A stretch of DNA of 64,000 nucleotides, from the NCBI GenBank assembly GCA_964016885.1, contig OZ024746.1, positions 36,208,001 through 36,272,000 on the forward strand, given 5' to 3'. Origin of the DNA: Eledone cirrhosa. Taxonomy: Eukaryota. How positions within the stretch are numbered: the first letter of the stretch is position 1; every line of letters starts with the position of its first letter. Below the pieces are notes generated by a model. It was given only the letters and a program-made list of their open reading frames with translations. It was not told the origin of the DNA and searched no databases. This document shows, in pieces, positions 26,588 through 39,830 of this stretch. Made by a program: the position numbers and the translations under genes.

Positions 26588-29507
26588 TCTTTGAGTCTCA
26601 GTCATTGATGTTAGTTAACTGGAAAGTTTGTTGAAATGAATATCAAGCCACTACCTGCAGCCTCAGATATTCAGGACGTATCGGAGGGTTCTTGCTATTC
26701 CCGCCTATGACAATCGGGATCACTTTGACTTCATGGCAGTTCCAAATCCTTTTTAACTCCCAGTTTAAGTCCTGGTATCGGTTAATTTTCTCCCTCTCCT
26801 TCTCTTGCACATTCGTGTCGAATGGGCAGGCCACATCCACAATCAGGCACGATCTTTTTTATTTGTCCACAACCACCTGGTCAGGTCTATTGTGATTCAG
26901 TTTCTTCTCCGTCTGTATCCTAAAATCACACAGCACCTTCACCTGATCGTTCTCCATCACCGCCTCTGGCTTATGCTCATACCATTTCTCAGAATGTGGT
27001 AAATTGTTTACTTTGCACAGGTGCCAGTGGATCACCCTGCCCATCACATCATGTCTCCAGCCCTTGTAGTGGGTCTGGAGTAGGTGTTTACACTTGGATA
27101 CAATGTGAGCCACAGTCTCCTCTCTCTCTCCACAGATGCTGCACAGTGGGCTAGCCTCCTCCTTGTAAATATGGTGTTTCAACCACTTCGTTTTGAGGGC
27201 CTGCTGCTGCGCAGCCATTGACATTCCTTCTGTAGCCATTTTGAGGTCTCCTCTTCTCAACCAGTTCCATGTCTGTGGATCTCTAAATTCAGTTTTCTCA
27301 AAGAAGGTACTATGAAGGGATTTTTCATGAAGGCTGCTCTTTCTCCTTGTTGTTATTTCCTCCTTGGACATCCCCTGGCCTATTGTCCCCTCCTTCAGTA
27401 CAGTTCTGAGCTTTGGCTCCTTACTATCAGTCACGTATTTGAGTAGGTTGTTTTTCTCCATCTGAACACAGTCCTCTATGCTGAAAAGACCTCTTCCACC
27501 CTCAGATCTCCTTAGGTAGAGTCTATCGACATCACTCCTCTTGTGTAACATGTTGTAGATAGTCAATAGCTTCCTAGTCTTCCTATCCATTTCTTTTTGT
27601 TCAGCAACATTCCATCTCAGAATTCCCGCACTGTACCTAATAATAGACACAGCTCGGAAATTTACTGCGCTTATGGCATTTCTGCTGTCCAGAGGTGACT
27701 TCAATACGCTCCTTACTCTCCGAATATATTCAGTTCTTAACAATTCCTTCATTTTTTTGTTCTTTATGCCATCAGCCTCCAGAACGCCCAAATACTTGTA
27801 TCCTTCCTCAGAGTCAATTTCCTTTATCATCTCACCTGTTGGGACCTGGATTCCGTTACTTCTGCTCAATTTACCCCTCCTCATCACAATGACTCCACAC
27901 TTACTAATACCAAACTGCATACGTATATCACTGCTGAAAATACGAACAGTGTCAACAAGCACATCCAACTCCTTCTCACTCTTCCCGAAGAGCTTAAGAT
28001 CGTCCATGAAGAGGAGGTGATTGGTGGTAAGCTCTCCCTTTCCCAACTTGTATACTGCTCTCACTTTTCGCAGCATAATGGTCAGGGGCATCAGGGCAAG
28101 GACAAACAACAGAGGGGAAAGGCTATCTCCCTGGAAGATACCTCTGTTGATCTTCACGCTTCCCAAGGATTCTCCAGTTGATGTCAACTCTGTTTCCCAG
28201 GACCTCATACTCAGCCCACCAACTGTCTGATGTTATCTGCCACCTTGAAGATCTCCAGGCTTTTGGTGATCCAAGAATGAGGCACCATGTCGAATGCCTT
28301 TCTGTCGTCTATCCATCCCATGGCAAGATCAGTGTGTCTCCTCCTGCAATTCCCCATTACCATCTTATCAATAAGTAACTGGTCCTTTGTACCACGTGAC
28401 TTCTTTCGGCATCCTTTCTGTTCGTCCGGTAACAAGTTGTTTGTGTGGAGGTGATGGTAGATTTCCTCAGACACAATGCTCGTCAACAGTTTCCACATTA
28501 CGGACAGACATGTGATAGGTCTATAGTTGGTAACATCATTACTCTTGATTCGGTCTTTCATTATCAGAACTGTGGTACCTTTTGTCAACCACTCTGGTAC
28601 CTCACCTGACATCAAGCAGTCATTGAACATGGTTGTCAGTTTCGGGTGGAGGGATGTTAAATTTTTAATCCAATACCCCTGCACACCATCTGGGCCTGGT
28701 GATTTCCAGTTGGTTAGTTTTTTGGCCTGCCCCTTAAGAGTTTCAACTGTGATACTCAAATCAGCTTGTTGGGGTGCCTGCTCACCGATCTCCCTCTGTA
28801 CTGTCTCAATCCACCCTGCCTGGTCATTATGTCTAACATCCTGCTCCCATATTCCTCTCCAGAATGTTTTAGTTTGTTCCGCCTCAGGGATCAAGTCGTT
28901 GCCTCTTTCTTTCCCCTCAAGCTGTCCAAACAGCATCTTCTGTTTGTTGTCGAACATGCGGTTCTGTTTATACTGACTGACTCTGTTCTCGTATCGCCTG
29001 ATTTTTGCACTCTTTGCTACAATGCGTTGCTTCAGTTCCTCTATGATAATATTTAGCTTTTTCCTCCTAGTTTTGTACTTTATTTCCAGTCTATTTTTAG
29101 TGCCTATGATTTTCAGTGTCTTATTCAGTCGTAACTCAAGCTTTCCAATGTCATTTCTCATTTCCCTGATTTGACCACTCAGTTGTTTCTTCCACCAAAG
29201 CTCTGCTCTTTCTTGTCTGTTGTCTCCTCTCGCTTTTATACCAAGTAGTTTCCTCACCGTATTTGCTGTTGCTTTGAGGATATTGTTGCACTGATGTTGG
29301 CTCCTCGCCTCAAGGTATGGGATGACTTTGTTTACCTTAGCTGTTGTTTCTTTTAACTTTTTTCTGTCTACAAATCCTAGGTTCATATATCTCCCACTAT
29401 CATTGTTCAATTCATCTACCACTAAATTTAGGATGTCAACCGAATCTTGTCCTAGCCCGTCAGCATTCAACTCCTCAGTGGCCGTATCTCTGTTCCAGGT
29501 ATTATTT
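26588..29507 (-). mobile_element. R4/Dong-like RLE element (copy B), lacking N-terminus
   Basis: ORFs 28211-29470 and 26859-28208: [60 protein letters not shown]. Confidence 0.92.
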
Positions 29508-29760
29508 GGCTAGATTTTTTTGTGTGGTAGTGATGATAGTGGTGGCGGCGGTGGTGGTGTTGGTGGTGAAATGATTTGCCTGTTGTTTGTCCATGTAGCC
29601 ATTTTCCTTTTTTTTCTATAACATTTCTGATCCAAAGTTACATATTAAATATTGGGCCCTATTCCATAATGTGATGCGTTGTCACTTGCTGAGAGTGAAA
29701 AAAACTGTAATCTTATGTTCCATTTGTAATAAGAATTATTCTATCACAATTGTTTTTAAT
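29508..29760 (-). mobile_element. Second copy of the leader, fused directly to R4/Dong copy B
   Basis: Aligns with 23720-23962 and shares its outer boundary; ATG at 29602 (MATWTNNRQ...). Confidence 0.65.
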
Positions 29761-30381
29761 ATGATCATTATTAGTATCACTATTTGTACAAATATGCAAA
29801 TTAACAATAATCTGCATATCCGCAGTTGATAACACCGGTATTGTATTGAATTAATGTTTTGATATCTCCAAAAAGAAGAAAGTACATCTACAGCATCAAG
29901 CCAAATCCTCGAAATTGTTCAGCAAACAAAATCTACCCCGTTGTGCAGTGCAATATACGTAAGCTAACACGTGGGAAATGTAAAAAAGACGAATTCAATC
30001 AACTAACCTTACATAAAAATGACATTTATCTACGAAAACTATAAGAACAACCAAACCAAAATAGATAATGGCCTAGTGACTGTTCCAATTTAAAATGAGA
30101 CTTATGTCTATGGATTTCAGCTAATTTAATTTGTTTCTTACTTCGTTTCATTGAAGATTTTCCTTGCACACTTTCCCTCTGTACTTCTCCGCCTCTCTCT
30201 CTGAGTGTAGCCGCGATTCACGAAGACATATATGAATAAAGTGTCTTTACTCTAATTAATTACCCACTCGATATCAACACAGATCAATCTGTCATGCAGA
30301 AATTCCTTTAAAAATATCTATACAAAAATGTTATAAAATATAGTGTATCAAGTTGAATATTGGCAATACGTGTGATATCTC

Positions 30382-30421
<40 letters not shown>

Positions 30422-32104
30422 GATATTAAATAAATGTAAACTATATTTATAAAACCATATTTATTTCATTATATATATTTCAGGGATATCATATTAAAAA
30501 TATGTTATGCCTTCTTCAGACAAAATACAATATAAACAGTCTTATAAATAGATAGATTCGACATACCTTTCAACTTCGACTTCTATTTGAAAAGTTGATT
30601 TGGTAGTGAAAAAATATTAGGGACAGTTATAAAAAGAAAGAAAGAAAAACGAAGAAAAAGAAGAAATGCATGCAACTAAATAGAGAGAGATAGATATAGA
30701 GAGATAGATAGAGAGAAGAAATTCATGTAAAGAAACAGAGAGAAATATATAGAGAGAGGAAAAAACACAGAGGGAGATAGATAGAGAGAGAGAGAGAAGA
30801 GAGGAGAGAGAGAGAGAGAAAATATAGAGAGATAGATATAGATAGAGATAGAGAGAAAGAAACTAGGTAGTTGGGCTCCAGTTGAATGACGTATCAATGA
30901 TATATTTATTTATTTATTTATTTATTTAGCTCTAGTATTAATGTAGAGAGAGATATATGTGGTTAAGAGAGAAAACAGCCGTTACATAGAGAGGAACGAA
31001 AAATATCCAGACAAAAACGAGGCAGATTTAAAACACTATGTTTCATCAATGTAAAAAATATCAATTCGTATAAAACAGGCATTATAATGTAAATATCAGT
31101 ATTCATGAATGAGACACGTATCAATAATGTGTGAAAAATAATGATCATATGACTAGTTTAAAATTCTTAGGTTTATATTAGAGTTGAGATAAAATAGAAG
31201 GTTATCCCAGATTTTATACTACATACATCCATGTGAATTTACGTGATCAGCTCTGCAAATTCCTATTTCACACGAAAACATTCTCATTGTGCTATAAAAA
31301 TTTAAGTATACATATATGTGTACATACACACAAATATATATAGAGTCTACATTGATTTTAACAATACTATTCATGTCTTTACTCTACATGATTATCGTTC
31401 AAGCATAAATAGAGAACAGATATCAATATATCAATATCTTTTATAAGGGGAATCAGGTGGCGGCCATTCCACTTTGATAAATCTAATATAAAAGAAAATG
31501 TCTCGGACTTAGACAAAGTTTTCAAATCTAAAAGAAATCCACCCCGCAACAAACTTTTATTTGACTTTGAAAACGATATAATTTCTATCATACAAGGAGT
31601 CAAATTCAAGAAAAACTTCAAAGGCCAGGAATATCTGAAAGGCATTAAGGATAATATTGAGAGCTTAGAGAAAACTGAGAAGATCTTGGTGAAATCTGAC
31701 AAGACCAACAACCTCTATGGAGTGCAAAAAGACATGTATAATGGCCTAATACTGAAAGAACTGAGGAAAAAGTACAAGGTAGCAGATAAGGCCGAGCTTG
31801 AGAAAATGAATGTTGAGGCATCTTGTATAATGCATGAGTTGGAAATTGAGAACAGAACACAACCTTTCGTGCCCAGGAAACCGAAGATCAATATGAAAGA
31901 TCACAAAAGTAATTTTGAAAATGACCTGCCAGTCAGATTGATTGCACCATCAAAATCGGACCTGGGTAAACTAAGCAAAAACATTCTAGACAGGGTGATA
32001 CAGCAAATTAAAAACTTGAATTGTGTACCTAACTTGAGCTTGTGGAAGGGAACTGGAGAGGTTGTTGAGTGGTTTAAAGAAATTAAATATAACAATAATA
32101 ATAA

Positions 32105-32462
32105 TGTGCAAATTAGTCTGCCCACTACTAATTTTCATAGAAAAAGCATATAACGATATGTGCTTTTACAATTCTCCAGAAAGTCCGGTAGATAGGTAAA
32201 TATTGCTGATGAGTTGTAACAACAACGAAACTAGTTCAATATTCCTTGTCTGGCTTTCTGGAGAATAGGGGGAACGTGTTCCCCCGAAAAACCAGTATGA
32301 CTCTAAAAACCGGTTTGTCTGTGTGTTTACATACAGAATAGCTGGGCCGCTCACTGTAAAGCGACCAGTGAAAGACTTGGTACACCTACATATGTATACG
32401 TGTGTGTATTCATATACACACTAGTATTTCAGTATGCATATGTAGATGTACATTTTTAACTT
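32105..32462 (+). mobile_element. 358-bp non-coding HHR-bearing insertion with 11-bp TSD
   Basis: TSD aataataataa at 32094-32104 and 32463-32473; removal gives KYNNNNKFIQLDIANYY. Confidence 0.85.
32199..32243 (+). ncRNA. Type I hammerhead ribozyme, canonical core
   Basis: aatattg-CTGATGA-gttgt-aaca-acaac-GAAA-ctag-TT-caatatt; stem I pairing extends to attctccagaaag(32171)/ctttctggagaat(32266). Confidence 0.9.
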
Positions 32463-35316
32463 AATAATAATAAGTTTATTCAACTAGATATCGCTAACTA
32501 TTATTCATCTATTACCCCTAATCTACTAAATAAGGCACTAAATTACGCATTCAAACATACAGACATAACTAGCAATGAAATGCACATTATATTATCGGCT
32601 ACGAAAACACTTATAGAATTTAATGACCAACTATGGACCAGAGCAGATAGAGATAACAATTTCGACATTACTATGGGATCATCCGACTCAGCTCAGGTAA
32701 CTGACCTTGTGGGCCTATTTTTAATCAATTCGCTGCATAGGAAAATACCCGGTGCTACCGGAGGTTTATATAGAGATGACATGCTTTTACTTATTGAAAA
32801 TAATAACTCTGAACTAAATAGAAAAAGAAAACAAATTACACAATTTTTTAATTACTTTAATCTAAAAATATAAATTGAGAATAACCATAGAATAGTCAAT
32901 TTCCTAGATGTAACATTAAATCTCAACACATGTCTTCACTATCCATTTCACAAGTTGAATGAAAACTTAAACTATGTCAGCTTTAACTCTAACCACCCCA
33001 GATCTGTTAAAAATACTATAGTAAACTCTGTTCAAAATCGTATCTCTAGAATCTCATCTAATAAAAAGATTTTCGACGAAAAAGCCCAGTATTACAATGA
33101 AGCGTTAGCTAGAGCAGGATATAGTGATAACATTATGTACATAGATAATAATAGACAAACTAACCAAAATAACAACAATTTTAATTACGGCAACAACTTT
33201 AACAACTATAATAGAAAGCATTACAATAATTCCAAAAGCCAAAAAAGAAATAGAACTCGGAATATAATATGGTTTGCCCCCCCTTTCTCACTAAACATTA
33301 AAACCCACATCGCTAAACTATTTTTTAATGCTCTTGATAATCGCTTCCCTAGAACACATAGGTATCACTCAATTTTCAATAGACATACTATAAAATTAAC
33401 CTACTCATCCACCAAAAATTTAGCACAAAATATTAATAGAATAAATAATAGGAATTTAAAACCTAGCCAAAATACCGATAATAGCATAAATAATATCCAA
33501 GTTAACAAATGTAACTGTAGAGATAGATCTAAATGTCCGTTAAATAACAATTGCTTAGTTAAAAATATAATATACAACTGTAATGTTAAAACGGACTTAA
33601 ATTCTTTTAACTATGTTGGTTCCACCTCGACAGAATTTAAACTTCGCTATAATAACCACAATAATTCTTTCACAGATCCAAGCAAAAAATCCTCAACATC
33701 ACTATCAGGCCTACTCTGGCAACTTAGGCATGATAACGTTGGATATTCAACGGCTTGGAATATAGTCTCAAGAGGGATTCCTTTTAATTCATCCTCTGAG
33801 ACATGTGACCTCTGCGCGGAGGAGATATTCTTTATACTAAAATCTAAAAATTCCCTTAATTTACGGACAAATTTATTCAGTTGCTGCAGACATAGATTGA
33901 ACTCAACTTTTAAATATAAATATACATTTAAAATGTAGTATATTTAATTTGATTTAAAATTATTTATGAAACTCGCCGATAAATCTTTCGATTCCTTTTT
34001 ATTTTAAACATTCTTCATAAATAATTAAACTACCCTAAAAGCTGATGCTCCAAATATATCGAATAAATTTTACACTAGATAAACTTCTTTATTAAATATA
34101 AGACCATCTGTAAATCAAATGGGTATCCTAAACTTTTGGAATGTTTTCTGCTAGACAGGATTTGGTAAATAATTTTTGGTTTTGTTTGCTTTTGATTCTG
34201 ATGCTTATAACGAACTTGGCAATATATTGTCAATTAACTTTGAAGGGTTGATCTCTGTGGTTGATTTGCGGGGCATACTATGTTTTATTTTAATTTTAAT
34301 ATTTTTAATATTTTTAATATTTTTAATATTTTAATTTTTATTTTTAATATTTTTTTGATTTTTTGTTTTTTATTTACTTTTTGTTTCTGATATTTTTATT
34401 GATATATTGATATATAAATATATATATATGCTTGAACGATAATCATGTAGAGTAACGACATGGATAGTATTGTTAAAAATAATGTAGACTCTATATATAT
34501 TTGTGTGTATGTACACATATATGTATACTTATATTTTTATAACACAATGAGAATGTTTTCGTGTGAAATAGGAATTTGCAGAGCTGATCACGTAAATTCA
34601 CATGGATGTATATAGTATAAAATCTGGGATAACCTTCTATTTTACCTAAACTCTATTATAAACCTAGGAATTTTAAACTAGACATATGATCATTATTTTT
34701 CACACATTATTGATACGTGTCTCATTCATGAATACTGATATTTACATTATAATGCCTGTTTTATACGAATTGATATTTTTTACATTGATGAAACATAGTG
34801 TTTTAATTCTGCCTCGTTTTTGTCTGGATATTTTTCTTTTCTCTCTATGTAACGGCTGTTTTCTCTCTTAACCACATATATCTCTCTCTACATTAATACT
34901 AGAGCTAAATAAATAAATAAATAAATAAATATATCATTGATACGTCATTCAACTGGTGCCAAACTACCTAGTTTCTTTCTCTCTATCTCTATCTATATCT
35001 ATCTCTCTATAATTCCTCTCTCTCTCTCTCTCCTCTCTTCTCTCTCTCTCTCTCTCTATCTATCTCCCTCTGTGTTTTTTTCCTCTCTCTATATATCTCT
35101 CTCTGTTTCTTTACATGAATTTCTTCTCTATATCTATCTCTCTATATCTATCTCTCTCTATTTAGTTGCATGCATTTCTTCTTTTACTTCGTTTTTCTTT
35201 CTTTCTTTTTATAACTGTACCTAATATTTTTTCACTACCAAATCAACTTTTCAAATAGAAGTCGAAGTTGAAAGGTATGTCGAATCTATGTATTTATAAG
35301 ACTGTTTATATTGTAT

Positions 35317-35372
35317 TTTGTCTGAAGAAGGCATAACATATTTTTAATATGATATCCCTGAAATATATATAA
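35317..35372 (+). ncRNA. Hammerhead ribozyme (family D) in the 3' pLTR
   Basis: CTGAAGA 35322-35328, imperfect stem II aggcataacata/tatgatatccct, GAAA 35360-35363, ATATAT stem III; inverted twin ~30470-30525. Confidence 0.65.
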
Positions 35373-35514
35373 TGAAATAAATATGGTTTTATAAATATAG
35401 TTTCCATTTATTTAATATCGTAAATATACTCCAAATACTTGTTGAGTGCTTTTATATCAGTTATAAATATTTACTCGTTGTTAACCCAACAATTTAATTA
35501 AAACTTTGCATATA

Positions 35515-35647
35515 TATATATATATATTAATAAAAAATAATTCCAACTTTGTCTGATTTACTCGTTTTATTTACGATCCTAAAACGAGTAATTATTTTTA
35601 TTAATATAATCTTCTATACACAATCATACAGACCCGTGTATATTTCT

Positions 35648-35696
<49 letters not shown>

Positions 35697-35723
35697 ACTC
35701 TCTCTCTCTCTCTCTCTCTCTCT

Positions 35724-35790
<67 letters not shown>

Positions 35791-35791
35791 C

Positions 35792-35844
<53 letters not shown>

Positions 35845-35970
35845 ACACGGGTCTGTATGATTGAATTGTGTATAGAAGATTATATTAATAAAAATAATTA
35901 CTCGTTTTAGGATCGTAAATAAAACGAGTAAATCAGACAAAGTTGGAATTATTTGTTATTAATATATATA
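35515..35970. repeat. Palindrome: ~130-bp unique arms plus (TC)n/(GA)n around a central (TA)n
   Basis: 35520-35648 is the reverse complement of 35836-35968. Confidence 0.85.
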
Positions 35971-36086
35971 TATATATATATATAAATTTATTTATTAATA
36001 TTCATTTATACCATAAACCTTGTTTTGTCTTCGCGTGTAATTGTTTTCACTGCACCAAATAATGACGTATTATCTTCGTTTTTTTC

Positions 36087-36267
36087 GGTGGATTGGCAGT
36101 ATGGGTAGAGGGTCGGATGTCATGCTTTCCAACATAGTTACCTCCCTTTACGATCTGAGTTCAAATCCCGTCGAGATTGACTTAGCCTTTCATCCTTACG
36201 GGATTGATAAAATAAAGTAGCAGTAATGAACTGGGTATTTGCTGGCCTTGTGTCTAAAGTAGAAACA
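36087..36267 (+). mobile_element. tRNA-derived SINE of octopus type, with TSD
   Basis: A-box-like tggcagtatggg, B-box gagttcaaatccc, core gcctttcatcct-tacggg-ttgataaaataa, tail ggccttgtgtctaaagtagaaac; attatcttcgttttttt on both sides; inserted in a repeat also seen at 48843-49215. Confidence 0.8.
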
Positions 36268-36993
36268 ATTATCTTCGTTTTTTTTCCATTCTTTGCCAGG
36301 GAACGTTACCACAAACCAAAGTATCGTCTTCCTGTCTTTCTTCGGTTGCAGCATTTTCGAAATATTTACTTCTGCTTTCACAGATAGACTTTTTTCGTTT
36401 CAGAAGATCCTGTTAAGGGTAAAAGTAGCGATTCTTTGCGATTCTGTGAACGCAGAAGTAGACATATACAAAGAGACATATATATACAACAGCCAGTCAG
36501 ACAGTAACGGGGGACACGCCAACTTCTATTTTAGTTGCTACTACACCAACAAACCACCAAGGAAGAGAGAGTGAGAGAGAGAGAAAGAGTTAAACGAAAA
36601 TATGAATTTCCATATATATATATAAATTATCTCCTCTACTAACATCTTCTAATTATTATACACCTTAATTTTATTATATACTTATTATCATATTTTCCGT
36701 AGCATGTATAACCTGAAATATTTAGCGGCTGAAACCGGTACTATAAATTAATATTCCATGACAAAATAATATTAGGATTTTCTACTTTCTTCTTATTCTC
36801 CCAGTATATATCAACTCCCGTGTCACATTTCAACATATATATATATATATATATATATACGTTATTCCGGGTTGAATCAGAGGTAACCACAGTAAGGTAC
36901 TCAATACATTGCAGAGTATAAAAGTTTTAATATAGATGAGATTCTAAAGAATGAAACAGTTCTAGTCCTGTAGAATCTCATCTATATTAAAAC

Positions 36994-37111
<118 letters not shown>

Positions 37112-37217
37112 TGTGTATGTGTGTAAGGGGGGGGGGGGGTAAGTATAAAGGGTTTAATTCGGAAGAAATCATCAAGAAGCCCAGAAAGCATGTATATATA
37201 TATACATATACATATAA

Positions 37218-37305
<88 letters not shown>

Positions 37306-37319
37306 AGTGTATATATACA

Positions 37320-37852
37320 TATATTGTTATACTTGGGGAGGGTCATATTTGTGAAATAATATTGACATAATTAATAACAGAACACACTCACTGTTTGGTT
37401 GTTTTTCGCTTCTGTGTCTTTTATATCGGTTAATTTAATTTATTCGGTCCTCAATGTTGCCATTGACTGATCAACGGTCAAAAATAGAGATATAATATAG
37501 ACACAAACACATATATATAGTCTATCAAAGTTCTTTCGTTGCAGATCTGCAACATCGTCAGTGTTGCTATCATGTTTGCTCCCGTTGCATTGTATGCTTA
37601 CGCCATGTTTATTTAGTCTGTTAATTAATTTATTTATTTATTTATACTTCTCTTAAATCAGTGTTGTTTGTTTGGGTGTTGTTGTTATTCCATTCATGTT
37701 TTTTTATGTTTAGCCTTGGCCTTCTCAATTCTATTTTGCTGGCCTCTCTGATTTGCATATCTGCTGGGTCATTACTATGTTTAGAGATTATTCTAACTTC
37801 TATGTTGTTTATGTTACCATTGTGTTGTCTGGCATGTTCGTATAGTACTAAA
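37320..37852 (-). mobile_element. PLE family B fragment: endonuclease C-terminus + pLTR with HHR
   Basis: 37700-37850 minus strand matches 8240-8390; CTGACGA-gttgca/tgcaac-GAAA at ~37525-37562. Confidence 0.8.
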
Positions 37853-37854
37853 TA

Positions 37855-38632
<778 letters not shown>

Positions 38633-38689
38633 TTTAATTAAGTGCCATACTAGAAGTGAGAAATGAAATTTCGTTTTCATTTTTTTCAA

Positions 38690-38760
<71 letters not shown>

Positions 38761-38764
<4 letters not shown>

Positions 38765-39830
38765 CACCGACGTGAGATATATGATTTTTGATGCAATGAA
38801 ATATCTATGATCTTCGGCAAATCACTGATGAGGGACTTATTTTATTACATGTTATCCATGTGCTACCTGCAGTATTTTTCTCTATATTTTAATACATATA
38901 TTTACCACTGCGATTCTGTGTTTTTTTCTCTCTCTCTTACTGTTCCCCCATTCTCTCTGTTTCTCCCCCTCTGTCATGTCCGTTAACTCTTCCTCACACT
39001 TTCACCCACTCACTGTTTTTCTCTCTCTTCTCTTCATTTCATCCTGCACACCACGAACGCTATTTTTCTCTCTCTGCTCATAGTCTTCGTTCGTGTAGGA
39101 TCTATTCTCTAAGCGCTCATATATTCACCTAGCTTATGCTAAACAGAATAATTTTTGAAGCTTGTTTCTTTCCCCCGGTCAGCTTTACTCTGTTGTTCTC
39201 CTGTCTCACTCGCTTTACGCGTTTTAATTGTCCTAATAACTTATTTTGGTTATTATTGCACCGACGTGAGATATATGATTTTTAATGCAATGAAATATCT
39301 ATGATCTTCGGCAAATCACTGATGAGGGACTTATTTTATTACATGTTATCCATGTGCTACCTGCAGTATTTTTCTCTATATTTTAATACATATATTTACC
39401 ACTGCGATTCTGTGTTTTTTTCTCTCTCTCTTACTGTTCCCCCATTCTCTCTGTTTCTCCCCGTCTGTCATGTCCGTTAACTCTTCCTTACACTTTCACT
39501 CACTCACTGTTTTTCTCTCTCTTCTCTTCATTTCATCCTGCACACCTCGAACGCTATTTTTCTCTCTCTGCTCATAGTCTTCGTTCGTGTAGGATCTATT
39601 CTCTAAGCGCTCATATATTCACCTAGCTTATGCTAAACAGAATAATTTTTGAAGCTTGTTTCTTTCCCCCGGTCAGCCTTACTCTGTTGTTCTCCTGTCT
39701 CACTCGCTTTACGCGTTTTAATTGTCCTAATAACTTATTTTGGTTATTATTGCACCGACGTGAGATATATGATTTTTAATGCAATGAAATATCTATGATC
39801 TTCGGCAAATCACTGATGAGGGACTTATTT

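Larger units (their letters stand above)
31440..33938 (+). pseudogene. Naiad-type PLE RT + GIY-YIG endonuclease, 5'-truncated, one stop and one insertion
   Basis: FIRGIRW, MGSSDSAQVTDLVGL, GGLYRDD, FLDVTLNL, CNCR..CPL...C, IIY...YVGST..FKLRYNNH, CDLC..E; TAA at 32871; frame is restored on removing 32105-32473. Confidence 0.92.
30421..35510 (+). mobile_element. Naiad-type PLE with ~1-kb inverted pLTR at its 5' end
   Basis: 30421-31436 is a near-identical reverse complement of 34397-35421; RT-EN ORF lies between; both ends in (TA)n. Confidence 0.92.

Noticed and set aside
33505-33895. Selenoprotein-type Naiad
   Set aside because: The Cys motifs here and at 60760-60810 use TGT/TGC codons; no in-frame UGA was seen.
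36695-36745. HHR-like GAAACCGGTA, and similar fragments near 6592, 7155 and 49570
   Set aside because: Only half of the core is recognisable; too decayed to call.
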